Shown in pieces: positions 1 through 10,162 of a stretch of 49,564 bases of DNA. Made by a program: the position numbers and the translations under genes. Under the pieces are notes generated by a model. That model was given only the letters and a program-made list of their open reading frames with translations, was not told the origin of the DNA and did not search any database. Position 1 is the first letter of the stretch. Each line of letters begins with the position of its first letter. Origin of the DNA: Promethearchaeota archaeon (GTDB lineage Archaea > Asgardarchaeota > Lokiarchaeia > Sigyniarchaeales > SOKP01); assembly GCA_029838195.1 (NCBI GenBank), contig JALGVJ010000027.1, positions 1-49,564 of the forward strand, written 5' to 3'.

Positions 1-453
1 AGAAGCAAGCAATACAGGGAATTTGACGTGGATGTGAATAAGCATGTTCGACAAAAAGCAAAAAAAGGCGGGGCCGCAATTTAGTCGGAGGTGAGATTAA
101 TTTGCTACCTCATATTTTTTTTCCATTAATCGTCCTCTCTTGTTATTAATAATTGTTCTCGATCGACTAAGATAATTGCAGTTTGTTCCCAATTTTCCTC
201 GCATGAACCGTAAAAATAATAGATAGCCTTATTTAAAATATCTATTTTTTAATAAAATAATTTTTTTCTTTTCAAATGAAAACATTCATATAAATCCATA
301 TCTTTTAATATTTTCACAAATCAAACAATATGATTGAAATTGGTAAGTCAAACTTCATTTAAATGATTGGTTTTCCCATCTTTTTAATAGTATCTTTCCA
401 ATCAATTATTTTAAATGTAAAATTTTAATAATAATTAAATAATGTAATAAATC

Positions 454-1464
454 ATGCACCAAGGAAATAAAAATAAATATTTAAGAGAGAAAATCCAACC
501 TTTCAACGTATATAATGTCCGATCCGCTCTTGATATCTTAAATGCTCTTAAATACTGCAGTTTTCAAGGGAGAAATTTAGGAATCGCCTTAGATATCTTG
601 TATGACATGGTTACTACTAAAGATTGTCTAAAAGTGTTTTCTTTAAGTGGTGCAATGGTTCCAGCGGGCTTCGGAGATCTCACTTGTGCTCTGATGGAAA
701 ATGAGTTAATCGATATATTAATTACGACAGGCGCTAATATTTCCCATGATCTCGTGAATGTAATGTCCAATCAAGGACATTATATCGGAACTCCTTACGT
801 GGATGATGAGGAATTATATAGATTAAAAATTAATCGCGTGTATGATACCTATGTCCCTGAAGAAGCGTATAAGTGCGTAGAAGAAAAATTTCCTTCTCTC
901 CTCATGAATGCTTACCCTGATAAAAAGATCGATGACCCTCCCTCTTCCGTGTTTAAAAAACTTGGAAAACAAATCAATGAACGATGCATCCTCTCCGTCG
1001 CAGCAAAACACGACATTCCCATATTTATTCCCGCCATCACTGACTCCGAGTTCACCTTAAACTTGATTAAATTCGCTGTCAATAATGAATTTAAAGTAAA
1101 TTTTAGAGTAATAGATGATTTAATGAAATTTGCCGATATTATTAGACAATACGAGATATGTGGAATTCTCATAGTCGGAGGTGGTGTTCCTAGAAATTAT
1201 TCTCAACAAATCTTTCCTTTCCTCGAAGAATTTGAAAAATTTAGAGATAAAGGCATGGATATGGGATACAAATACTCTGTTCGGATCCACACTGCTACGG
1301 AATACGATGGGGGCTTATCTGGATGTACTACGTCAGAATCCAAATCTTGGGGAAAATATAGCTTGGATTCTCAAAACATCAGCGTTTGGTGCGACGCAAC
1401 CATCGCATTGCCCCTTCTCATCACGGGCTTGTTCGAAAAATTAAAAAATGAAAAAAAAATTTAA
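454..1464 (+). CDS. dys: Deoxyhypusine synthase family protein
   Basis: 336 aa with SFQGRNLG, LSGAMVPAG, TTGANISHD, GGGVPRNY and DGGLSG..SESKSWGK; the Schiff-base Lys of the SWGK motif is retained. Confidence 0.9.
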   Translation: MHQGNKNKYLREKIQPFNVYNVRSALDILNALKYCSFQGRNLGIALDILYDMVTTKDCLKVFSLSGAMVPAGFGDLTCALMENELIDILITTGANISHDLVNVMSNQGHYIGTPYVDDEELYRLKINRVYDTYVPEEAYKCVEEKFPSLLMNAYPDKKIDDPPSSVFKKLGKQINERCILSVAAKHDIPIFIPAITDSEFTLNLIKFAVNNEFKVNFRVIDDLMKFADIIRQYEICGILIVGGGVPRNYSQQIFPFLEEFEKFRDKGMDMGYKYSVRIHTATEYDGGLSGCTTSESKSWGKYSLDSQNISVWCDATIALPLLITGLFEKLKNEKKI

Positions 1465-2009
1465 AGAATAAAGATAGCTGCTGCCAATGCAGTAGCCCAT
1501 TCATTTTCTTTCCTAACTATTGCAGAAGCAGTTATATTTTTTGTTTCTATTATTTTTCCATTAATTTTAAAAATTTCTCTCTTCGCATCATAATCTGCTT
1601 CTGGATCAAACGGAATTCCCAAAGTAGTTGCTAACATCTCCGCCGCCAAATCCTCCGCAAAATCTCCTACTTTCTCTTCTTTCACCCCAAAAGAATGATG
1701 CTCGCTTAAATACCCATACATATCACTATTAGCTGGTTTTGCCACCCCAATCGAAGCACAAATCAGGCGATTGTACTCATTTGAACTAATCCGTGAAATA
1801 ACTGAAAATACAATTTGGCCCGCCCTTAATTGCTTTAACCCCTTTTCCTTGTCAATTTCAATACAATAGGGGGGAAGAATGGAGCTTACTTTTACAAGGT
1901 TAAATCGTTCAATTCCCGCATCCCGAAGCGCTTGTTCAAAAGAGGTAAGTTTTGATACGTGAAAACCAACCCCCTTGACAAAAAAAACCTTCTTTGGGAT
2001 TAATGACAT
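1461..2009 (-). CDS. pdaD: Pyruvoyl-dependent arginine decarboxylase
   Basis: 182 aa with SFEQALRDAGIERFNLVKVSSILPP containing the Ser-Ser autocleavage site, and GYLSEH; 3' end overlaps the DHS gene by 4 nt. Confidence 0.93.
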   Translation of the reverse strand: MSLIPKKVFFVKGVGFHVSKLTSFEQALRDAGIERFNLVKVSSILPPYCIEIDKEKGLKQLRAGQIVFSVISRISSNEYNRLICASIGVAKPANSDMYGYLSEHHSFGVKEEKVGDFAEDLAAEMLATTLGIPFDPEADYDAKREIFKINGKIIETKNITASAIVRKENEWATALAAAIFIL

Positions 2010-2344
2010 GACGCTAAATGATTTTTACTTTTTTTATTCAATAATATCATTAAATTGATTGCTATTATTTAAATTTTTTTAACATGCTCCATTGTTTTAA
2101 AATTTATTAAAAAAATTTCCTCTACTTCCTTCTCATTTCTCACTTACAACCATTCTCTCTGCTCAATTATTGATAACTACCATTATTAAAATTTATATTG
2201 AAATTAAATTCATTAAAATCCCATTACTCTTCTCCTTTTCCAACTCAAACTCCATTATCCCTTCCCAACTCAAATATCCCCTTAGAAAAACCACCCTTCC
2301 CATTTGCTACCATCGCAAAGTTTTTATTTTCCAAATCAGAAACA

Positions 2345-2352
2345 TTTATATA
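2345..2352 (+). promoter_or_regulatory. Candidate archaeal TATA box for the small acidic protein gene
   Basis: TTTATATA preceded by purine-rich CAGAAAC (BRE-like), about 80 nt upstream of ATG 2429; weak evidence in an AT-rich background. Confidence 0.3.
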
Positions 2353-2428
2353 GGTTTTTTTATATTTTAATAACTTGAAAACACACGCGTTATTATTCTA
2401 ATTAATGAAAAAAAAAAGTGGTGATAAA

Positions 2429-2650
2429 ATGAAGTTCGAACAAGAATTAGGTCCGAGGAGAAAGTCAACATATGATGATTGGGACGATGATGACTATGAC
2501 GAGGATGATTGGGATGACGAGGATGATTGGGACGATGATGACTATGACGAGGATGATTGGGATGACGAGGATGATTGGGACGATGAGGATGATTGGGACG
2601 ACGAGGACGAAGATTTTGATGAATACGACGGAGATTATGGAGATTATTAA
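2429..2650 (+). CDS. Small Asp/Trp-repeat hyperacidic protein (73 aa)
   Basis: GGTGA SD-like site at about 2420 precedes ATG 2429; repeat copies vary mainly at synonymous positions (GAT/GAC), consistent with coding in this frame. Confidence 0.6.
   Translation: MKFEQELGPRRKSTYDDWDDDDYDEDDWDDEDDWDDDDYDEDDWDDEDDWDDEDDWDDEDEDFDEYDGDYGDY
2474..2605 (+). repeat. Coding tandem repeat: two exact 48-nt units plus two 18-nt units (DDWDDDDYDEDDWDDE / DDWDDE)
   Basis: 2474-2521 is identical to 2522-2569, followed by GATGATTGGGACGA(T/C)GAG twice. Confidence 0.9.
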
Positions 2651-3292
2651 AAATCTTAAATGAATTGGAAAAAGGCATTACAAGAAACACTCAAGATACG
2701 GTCATAAATAGCTATTTGATTAGTTAGTTCGATGAATAAAACCTTAAATGATAGATGGTCGGAGATTTAATCAATTAAAGTAAATCACCTTCTTTTTTTA
2801 GCATTATTCTTACGTTCTCTATTTTGAAATTAAAATTCAACTAATCGTTTTTTAAAATTTAGAATAATGCTCCCTTTTTTTAATTTTTTTTAAAAGAATC
2901 TAATTAATCAAGGCATTGAAGAGAAGGGAAGTGAGTTCCTGAAATCATGGATTTTTAATTGAATTATAAATTCACGAGTGGACCGAACAATAGTGATGAG
3001 AGCATGATAATGAATATACATTCATGAAAAGAGTAAGAACGAGCGGGAATGGAAAAATATTTATTGGCGAGGGATCATGTATTTCCTGAAAAAAAATAGA
3101 TATTGAAATCGAGATTTCCCCCTTGGCGTACTGAATTTTGTCTTTTGGTGGCATGGTATCCATGTCTTGGATTTGCCTATCTATTTCTGTCAATGTTAAG
3201 GGCTCTTGTTGTAGGGCCATGCCCTGGGGGAAATCACCTTCTCTTTTAAAGGAAAAATAGAAAAAATCGAATATACTGTCTTTTTTCTCGAG

Positions 3293-4204
3293 TTAGAGCA
3301 GGACATATCCATTTTTTAGATATTGAACGTGTTGGCTTGATGTCAATTTTTCAAGGTGTTTTTGAATCATGATTTTTTCTGCGATGAGTTCGTATTGGAT
3401 TTCGTTGGGGTTATATTTTTTATAGATGATATTTTTATTCATAAGGGCAGAGATCGGGGTGGGAGTGGATTCTGAGAGGTGCTGAAGTATCGTTTCTTCA
3501 CGTTCATGGATAATGCCGAGATACTGGTGGAAACTATCGTGAATGTTTTTTTTACCTTCAATCAAGCCTTTATGTCCAGAAATGGCGAATTCACAGGAGA
3601 TATTCATGAGAGATTTGATAGAATGTTCGAGGTCAAGAAGGTTGGAATCAGTACAGCCATAGAAGGGAAATCTGGAGAGATCGATATCGGCAAGGAATAA
3701 GGTGCGTGTAGTTTCTTCAAAGAAGCAGCAATGACCTGCGGTATGTCCGGGAGCGTGTAGTACCAGGAGGAATTGCGATTCATTGATCTTGATGCGTTGA
3801 GTATCGTGAATTTCATAGTGGATGGGGGTGTTTTCAATTTTATATCCCTCCATGTACGCTTGGAATAGCTTTTCAGCCGGAGTATTTCGAATTCCATAAT
3901 AATCGTACATTAATTGAGTATTTTCAATAATCTGTTTATCTTTAGGATGGCACGAAAATTGGACATTTTTAAGAAACCGATTTCCTAAGATATGATCTTC
4001 ATGCCAGTGGCTCAAAATTACATTCTCAATAATAAATTCTTTTTTTATTTTTCTAATGAATTTATTAGAGATGCCCGTGTCAATTAAAGTGGTGCCAGCG
4101 AGCATGGAATGGGAATAGGGATACCGCCCGTTATTAAATCCTTTAATGAAATAAACTCCCAAGGAGGGGTTGTCTATTGGAAAAACAAAATTTTTTTGAC
4201 TCAT
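3293..4204 (-). CDS. MBL-fold metallo-hydrolase with probable C-terminal winged helix
   Basis: LIDTG, SHWHEDH (HxHxDH), PGHTAGH, LADID, SGH. Confidence 0.88.
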   Translation of the reverse strand: MSQKNFVFPIDNPSLGVYFIKGFNNGRYPYSHSMLAGTTLIDTGISNKFIRKIKKEFIIENVILSHWHEDHILGNRFLKNVQFSCHPKDKQIIENTQLMYDYYGIRNTPAEKLFQAYMEGYKIENTPIHYEIHDTQRIKINESQFLLVLHAPGHTAGHCCFFEETTRTLFLADIDLSRFPFYGCTDSNLLDLEHSIKSLMNISCEFAISGHKGLIEGKKNIHDSFHQYLGIIHEREETILQHLSESTPTPISALMNKNIIYKKYNPNEIQYELIAEKIMIQKHLEKLTSSQHVQYLKNGYVLL

Positions 4205-4412
4205 GGAGGGATTATTTTAGTTTATTTAGCATTCATATTGGTATTAGAATAAAATACGTGGTTCTAAAAAAAAATAATGAGCATGGGCTTCTACTCTTGT
4301 GAATTAAATCATGGAGTTATGAATCATTTTTTACGCTTTATTAAAATAATGATGGTGGCCAATATTCTTATTAATTTCTTGATCTTAGCGTCATTTTTTT
4401 AAAAAAATTCTC

Positions 4413-5342
4413 TTATAAAAAACTATCAATTTTTAGTTGTTCTTTAAATTTTGCGATTCTTTTTCTGGCCAATTCCACGTATTCTGGTACGATTTCATAG
4501 CCGATAAAATGCCGTTTTAATTTTAGCGCTGCAATAGCCGTGGTCCCGCTCCCTATAAAGGGGTCTAAAATTATATCATCTTTAAATGTATAAAATTCAA
4601 TTAATCTTCGAGGTAATTCTTCGGGGAAAGGTGCGGGATGCCCAATTTTTTTAGCAGACTCTGTGGGAAAGGTCCAGATAGATTTTGACCATTCCACGAA
4701 ATCTTTTTTTTTAATCGTGTTGGTTTTATTCCCTTTTTGTAGTATATTTGTATGTTTTGAAAAAACAAGGATATATTCGTGAACATCTCGTAGACAGGGG
4801 TTACTTGCCGAGGCGAAGGAACCCCAAGCAGTAGAGACACCCGCTGACGCGGATTTATCCCATATTATTTCACCCCGCATGTGGAACCCTATTTCATGCA
4901 TGATTTCAATGATATAAGCGTGAAGGGGGATGTAAGGTTTTCGGCCTACATTTGCTATATTAATTGCAGCCCTTCCTCCAGACGCTAAAACTCGCCAAGT
5001 TTCACCGAAAACATTTTTAAGTAAATTTAAATATTCGTCAAGGGTCAAATTTGAGTCATAGGTTTTCATGACGTTATATGGAGGAGATGTAATCATCATG
5101 TGAACTGAATTGTCCGGAATTAAATTCATGTCCTGACTATCGCCTAAAATCACATTATCCAAAATTTTTTTCGGAATTAAATTTGAATTATCCACATGTT
5201 CCACGTTTTTAGTTATTTTTACATGCTCATATAATTTTGAATTATAAAATTGAGAAGAATCATGACTTTCTCGTTTGGATACTCCAAAAGAACTTGTTTT
5301 TGAACCTCTCTTTTTTATTGGTTCTTTTTTATTATTTACCAT
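4413..5342 (-). CDS. Orphan beta-class amino-DNA methyltransferase (probably N4-cytosine)
   Basis: Catalytic TSPPY precedes HPAPFP and the SAM-binding DPFIGSGTT motif; no adjacent restriction endonuclease. Confidence 0.9.
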   Translation of the reverse strand: MVNNKKEPIKKRGSKTSSFGVSKRESHDSSQFYNSKLYEHVKITKNVEHVDNSNLIPKKILDNVILGDSQDMNLIPDNSVHMMITSPPYNVMKTYDSNLTLDEYLNLLKNVFGETWRVLASGGRAAINIANVGRKPYIPLHAYIIEIMHEIGFHMRGEIIWDKSASAGVSTAWGSFASASNPCLRDVHEYILVFSKHTNILQKGNKTNTIKKKDFVEWSKSIWTFPTESAKKIGHPAPFPEELPRRLIEFYTFKDDIILDPFIGSGTTAIAALKLKRHFIGYEIVPEYVELARKRIAKFKEQLKIDSFL

Positions 5343-5857
5343 TAATTTTAAAAAATCTTGTAGCTATTTTAATTCTTAACATTATCCATTTAATTCATTT
5401 ATTTTGTCTTCTTGAACCTTGAGCTAGCAAAATCCCTCTTTTTTCTAATGAATTTTCTCATCCAACATTATTCCTTGATAATTGCAAAGCCAATAATGAA
5501 AAAAGGGGTTAATTTTAAAATGGACGCATCATCGGGTTATTCCTACAAGTGAATCATAATCGCCGTGTACATGATGCGGGGAAAAAAAAATTTAAGGGAG
5601 GAGAAGAAATATTATGAAATCCATTTTAAATGTTCTTAAAAAAAAGAATTTTAAATACGTCTTAAAATTTATAGCTTTTTTTTATATATTTTCTTATTTC
5701 TTATCTTAATTTAAAAAAAAGATCTTTATTGAGTGGGAAAATATTGAAGAAGATTCTTCTACGGCTATTGATTTTATAAGTTATTATTATAATAGTGGTG
5801 AAAATGGAAATTATAAAATATTTTTATTAGAATTTTTTTATAGAATTAAATTAAAAA

Positions 5858-7336
5858 TTAATAACTTTTTGCGATATAAACCGTACACGTGGCGGTTTCA
5901 CCACAGATCAAGCAAGTGGCAAATTCGTGTTTTTCCTCATCTACTCGTTTTCCTCTGACAAAACCTCCCAATTCTTTTTCTACTACTTCTGCACAGTGAT
6001 AAGATTTCATGTCCAAGGAACAAAAGCCGCAACAAACGATTTTTCCTCGTTCTAACGCTTCTTTCGCAGCATCGGGCTCGTAACAAAGTTCAATCTGCTC
6101 CTCAAAATCTTTTAAACTTTTTTCCTTCAGTTCTTTCGTGTAATTTTCAGCTAAATTTTTTAACGTATCAAGTAATTTTGCTTCATGAATGAAAAATTTT
6201 TTGTTATCATGTCGCCGTACAATGACCACTTGCTGTTTTTCAATATCTTTTGGACCGATTTCAATTCGGAAGGGCACGCCTTTTAATTCCCAATAATAGA
6301 ATTTGCTACCCGGAGAGAGTTCAGAATCATCGATTTTAACGTAATAAATATCTTTTAATTTCTCGTAGATTTCTCGTGCCTTGCTTAAGATCATTTCCTC
6401 TTTATTTTTAAAAAGAATGGGTACAATGATGATTTGAATGGGTGCCAAATCAAAAGGTAGGATTAAACCTCTGTCGTCTCCTAGCAAGGCGATCATGGCT
6501 CCATAGATTCTACTGATGGCAGGACCGTAGCAAGTTTGATATCCGTATTGTTCTTTGCCCGATTCGTCAATGAATTTGACATTAAAAGCTTTTGAAAAAT
6601 TTTGACCGAGATAATGGGTAGAAGGTAATTGAAGTACTTTACCGGAGCCCATTAAAGCGTCTGCTGCATAGGAATTAATGCTTCCTGCGAATTTGTCCCA
6701 TTGCGGACGTTGGAAAAAAATGATGGGAATGGAAAACTCTTCTTGGAGCATTTGATAGGTCATTTCCATGTCTTCTTGTACTTGCTTCATTGCATCTTCT
6801 TCAGTGGCGAATACGTTATGAGATTCTATCCAATGAAATTCTCGTCCCCGGAAAAACGGGCGGGTCATTTTTCCCTCATATCGCCATACTTGGCATGATT
6901 GATATCGTTTAAAGGGTAAATCTTTATAACTGCGAATCCATAGTGCGTACATTTTGTAAAGAGCAGTTTCACTGGTTGGTCTTAAAGCCAGGCGCTCTGA
7001 AAGCTTATTTCCCTCACTTCCCGCTTCAGTCACCCAGAACACTTCCGGAGCGAAACCCTTCACGTGTTCGGCCTCTATATAAAAATTACTTTCCGGGATT
7101 AAAGAGGGCATGATTAGAGGCAGGTGACCATTTTTTTCCAGAATTTTCTCATATTTCTCATACATTCGTTTAATCGTGATGGTTGCCCACGACCTATAGC
7201 ACACGAAACCTTTTATATTATATCTGATGTCTGCTAATTCTGCTTTATTTACTAATTCAGTATACCATGCAGAAAAATCTTCTTGTTTCGAAACGGTAAT
7301 TCCAGTAAGCGGAGTTTCTTTTTTCTTATTAGCCAT
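5858..7336 (-). CDS. proS: Proline--tRNA ligase (archaeal/eukaryotic type)
   Basis: DFSAWY, LRPTSET, TRPFFRGREFHW, HYLGQNFSKAF, anticodon domain with GVPFRIEIGPKD, and a Zn-binding C-terminal domain ending AKSY. Confidence 0.97.
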   Translation of the reverse strand: MANKKKETPLTGITVSKQEDFSAWYTELVNKAELADIRYNIKGFVCYRSWATITIKRMYEKYEKILEKNGHLPLIMPSLIPESNFYIEAEHVKGFAPEVFWVTEAGSEGNKLSERLALRPTSETALYKMYALWIRSYKDLPFKRYQSCQVWRYEGKMTRPFFRGREFHWIESHNVFATEEDAMKQVQEDMEMTYQMLQEEFSIPIIFFQRPQWDKFAGSINSYAADALMGSGKVLQLPSTHYLGQNFSKAFNVKFIDESGKEQYGYQTCYGPAISRIYGAMIALLGDDRGLILPFDLAPIQIIIVPILFKNKEEMILSKAREIYEKLKDIYYVKIDDSELSPGSKFYYWELKGVPFRIEIGPKDIEKQQVVIVRRHDNKKFFIHEAKLLDTLKNLAENYTKELKEKSLKDFEEQIELCYEPDAAKEALERGKIVCCGFCSLDMKSYHCAEVVEKELGGFVRGKRVDEEKHEFATCLICGETATCTVYIAKSY

Positions 7337-7477
7337 GACGATTCAATAAAAAAAATTAATGAAAAATTAAATATTTTTTGAGAAATGTGAAAGAATTCAA
7401 GTTTTCCTCATTAAACGAGGGAAAATTTCATAATAGCATGATTCTTTTTGAATGATTTAAAAGAACGGGAATGCTAC

Positions 7478-8848
7478 TCATTCCATTTCAAAACCATTTT
7501 CTTGAATGACGTGCTTGTACCAAAATGCACTTTTCTTCCACGATCGTTCTTGCGTGGCAAAATCGACTTTAATTAATCCAAATTTCTTGGAATATCCTTC
7601 AATCCACTCAAAATTGTCTATTAAAGTCCACACGAAATAACCTTTCAATTTGACGCCCTTATTAATAGCACGATGTACTGCTTCTAAATGGCGCTTGATA
7701 TAACTTATTCTATCATCATCTTGCACGATTCCTTCCATGATTACATCATCTTTACATGCCATGCCATTTTCCGTGATGTAAATAACGGGATGGTCATAGT
7801 CCTTGTCAATTCTAATTAATAGATCATGCAATCCCTCAGGATATACTTCCCATCCCATATCAGAAACTTCTACTCCTTTTTTTGGCCTTCGGGGACTCAT
7901 CAATTTAATCAAATTATTTAGATCTCGCTCTCTTTTCAAATCAACACGAGTACAACTATAATTATTAATCCCTAAAAAATCTCCTCGATGTGCTCCAAGA
8001 AGCTCCCGATCCCTTTCCGTGATGATAGAGAGATCGACTTTATCGGATAAAAGCTCCACTATATCTTGAGGATACTCCCCCTTTAAAATCGGATCTAAAT
8101 ACCATCGATTCATAAAACCATCCACTAATCTCGTAGCTTGTTCATTCAATGGCGAACTTGACTCAGCATAAACTGGATTGAGATTTAACGTGATTCCAAT
8201 TTTACCTTCTGAATGTTGTGAATTTCGATAAGCTTGGATTGCCCTTGCATGGGCTACATTCACCATATGAGAAGCTCGTATTGCTCCGGCAAGATTACCC
8301 CTCTTACCATGAAAACCTGCCAAATAAAAATAAAACGTAAATATCATGGGCTCGTTAAAGGTAATCCAATATTTCACCCGATCTCCGAATTGATTGAAAA
8401 GAAAATCCGCATAATTCACGTAAGCATCCACAACTTCAAGACTTTCCCAAGCACCTATTTTGTTTAAAGTTAACGGTAAATCCCAATGATAAATCGTAAT
8501 GAACGGGTCAATCTCATTTTCAATCAAAAGATTTATTAACTTGTCGTAGAATTCCACTCCCTTCCAATTCACGGAATCCTTACCCGTGGGAAAGATCCGA
8601 GGCCAAGAAATGGAAAATCGATACGCTTTTAATCCAAGCTCTCTCATTAATCGGACATCCTCTTCATACCGATGATAATGATTGCAAGCGATATCTCCCG
8701 TATCTCCATTTTTTATCACGCCCGGTGAATGAGTAATCTGATCCCAAATACTCTCTCCCTTACCATCTTCATTCCATGCCCCTTCTATTTGATAACTCGA
8801 AGTTGCCGCCCCCCACATAAATCCTTGAGGAAAAATGATTTTTTTCAT
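7478..8848 (-). CDS. GH1 beta-glucosidase
   Basis: WGAATSSYQIEG, YRFSISWPRI, TFNEP (acid/base), ITENG (nucleophile), DNFEW. Confidence 0.96.
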   Translation of the reverse strand: MKKIIFPQGFMWGAATSSYQIEGAWNEDGKGESIWDQITHSPGVIKNGDTGDIACNHYHRYEEDVRLMRELGLKAYRFSISWPRIFPTGKDSVNWKGVEFYDKLINLLIENEIDPFITIYHWDLPLTLNKIGAWESLEVVDAYVNYADFLFNQFGDRVKYWITFNEPMIFTFYFYLAGFHGKRGNLAGAIRASHMVNVAHARAIQAYRNSQHSEGKIGITLNLNPVYAESSSPLNEQATRLVDGFMNRWYLDPILKGEYPQDIVELLSDKVDLSIITERDRELLGAHRGDFLGINNYSCTRVDLKRERDLNNLIKLMSPRRPKKGVEVSDMGWEVYPEGLHDLLIRIDKDYDHPVIYITENGMACKDDVIMEGIVQDDDRISYIKRHLEAVHRAINKGVKLKGYFVWTLIDNFEWIEGYSKKFGLIKVDFATQERSWKKSAFWYKHVIQENGFEME

Positions 8849-8961
8849 GAGTCAAACCCTTGCAAATTGAAAGTTTTTATAATTTAATCCTTAATAATCT
8901 TGAACAATTAGTAAAAACCTAAAACATGAGAAACATAAGCACTACTAATTAAAAAAACTGT

Positions 8962-9711
8962 TCATTTTTTGGGCGCATCTGGCAATAATCGTGCATCCGT
9001 GAAAAGCTTATCCCTATCTAATTTTACTTTATATCCTTTTGAAAGCAAGAAGCTTTGGATCTCGTTCCCTACTTTCTCTAATAAATCATCATCATTCTTA
9101 TTGATTTTAAAATGAATGAGGGATTGAGCAAAATTTATTTTTTCTCTCTCCTCTGAACTAGCAGTAAATATCATGATCTCCGTCGCTCCTGCCAATCTCG
9201 CTTTTTTCTTTATTTCTTGTTCAAATGTTCCAAATGTGAAAAATTCTCGCTCCTTGGTCCGAATTTTATCTTCTAAAATACTCTCTAACTCTTTTCTTGC
9301 TTTTGGATTATAAAACGTGGTCAATTCTCGCGTGGCTAATTCCTTAAATTTTCCGTTAATTAGTTTTTTCTTCTCTTGAACATGCTCTTTTAACGAATTT
9401 AAGACATTTTCATCAATTTGTCGGAAATTCTCCACGTGTCGAATGTATGTGGTTAATTTTTCTATTAAATCATAATAAAAGCGTAAAGAAGACTTAATAA
9501 TAATTTTATCCTCCATGTCTTTAATTTCGGGATAAAATTTCTTTAAAATTAAATTAATTTTCTTGACGAGTTCAGAACAAACTTTCGCTATTTCCTCCAC
9601 CTTTTGAAGAGATTTTTCCTTCAAAAGCTCCATCAAGCCTTTTTCCATGGAAGACAACTCTTCAAAAACAAGCGTGATCTCATTCTTAAATTTTTTTTCA
9701 ATGTAAGACAT
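8962..9711 (-). CDS. Hypothetical helical/coiled-coil protein
   Basis: 249-aa ORF, E/K/L-rich, host-like composition; no motif recognised. Confidence 0.7.
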   Translation of the reverse strand: MSYIEKKFKNEITLVFEELSSMEKGLMELLKEKSLQKVEEIAKVCSELVKKINLILKKFYPEIKDMEDKIIIKSSLRFYYDLIEKLTTYIRHVENFRQIDENVLNSLKEHVQEKKKLINGKFKELATRELTTFYNPKARKELESILEDKIRTKEREFFTFGTFEQEIKKKARLAGATEIMIFTASSEEREKINFAQSLIHFKINKNDDDLLEKVGNEIQSFLLSKGYKVKLDRDKLFTDARLLPDAPKK

Positions 9712-10162
9712 TTATAATCTGAATATCACTACAACTATATATTCTTATTCCTAAGAATTTATTAGTAACCTACAAATTTAAAGAAAACTATTTCTAATTT
9801 GCTCCCTTGAAACGGCTTCAGATACTTTTCCCATTAAGACGTATCGAGCCTCCAACGATAGATTAGAAAAACAAGAAAATGTAATTATTTGAAAATTCGC
9901 TCTTTTAATTATTCGTTTTCATTAAAATTGGCAAGGTTTTTAAAAAAACGTGCTGCTACTATTAATGAATGAATCAATTTCATTTAATCGTTATCAAGAG
10001 GAAACGGAAACTGACTATCTCAAATTTCAATCTTAATAAAATCACGTGTCCACGTTGAGACTGAAGATAAAAAAATAAATGAAGTACCAACTTTAAAAGT
10101 TAAGAAAATTAAAAAAAATTGAGAAAAAAATCTACTCTTGTTAAAATCCTTTACGTTCCCTA

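Noticed and set aside
1-84. Possible 3' end of a + strand gene (RSKQYREFDVDVNKHVRQKAKKGGAAI*)
   Set aside because: Too short to assign a product or confirm the strand
2474-2605. Repeat considered as a CRISPR array
   Set aside because: No unique spacers, unit lengths are multiples of 3, and no cas genes are present
2367-2690. His/Pro/Arg-rich minus-strand ORF and Met-rich alternative + frame ORF (2472-2663)
   Set aside because: Shadows of the Asp/Trp repeat; synonymous variation and the SD-like site favour the acidic frame
2972-3220. 82-aa minus-strand ORF with upstream GGTGA and an HTH-like start (QEPLTLTEI)
   Set aside because: The C-terminal half looks non-protein-like; may be a remnant, but I cannot support a call
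5525-5578. Hairpin considered as a SECIS element, tRNA or C/D sRNA
   Set aside because: No proper AUGA/GA core with apical AA spacing, no cloverleaf, no box D, and no adjacent UGA-containing gene
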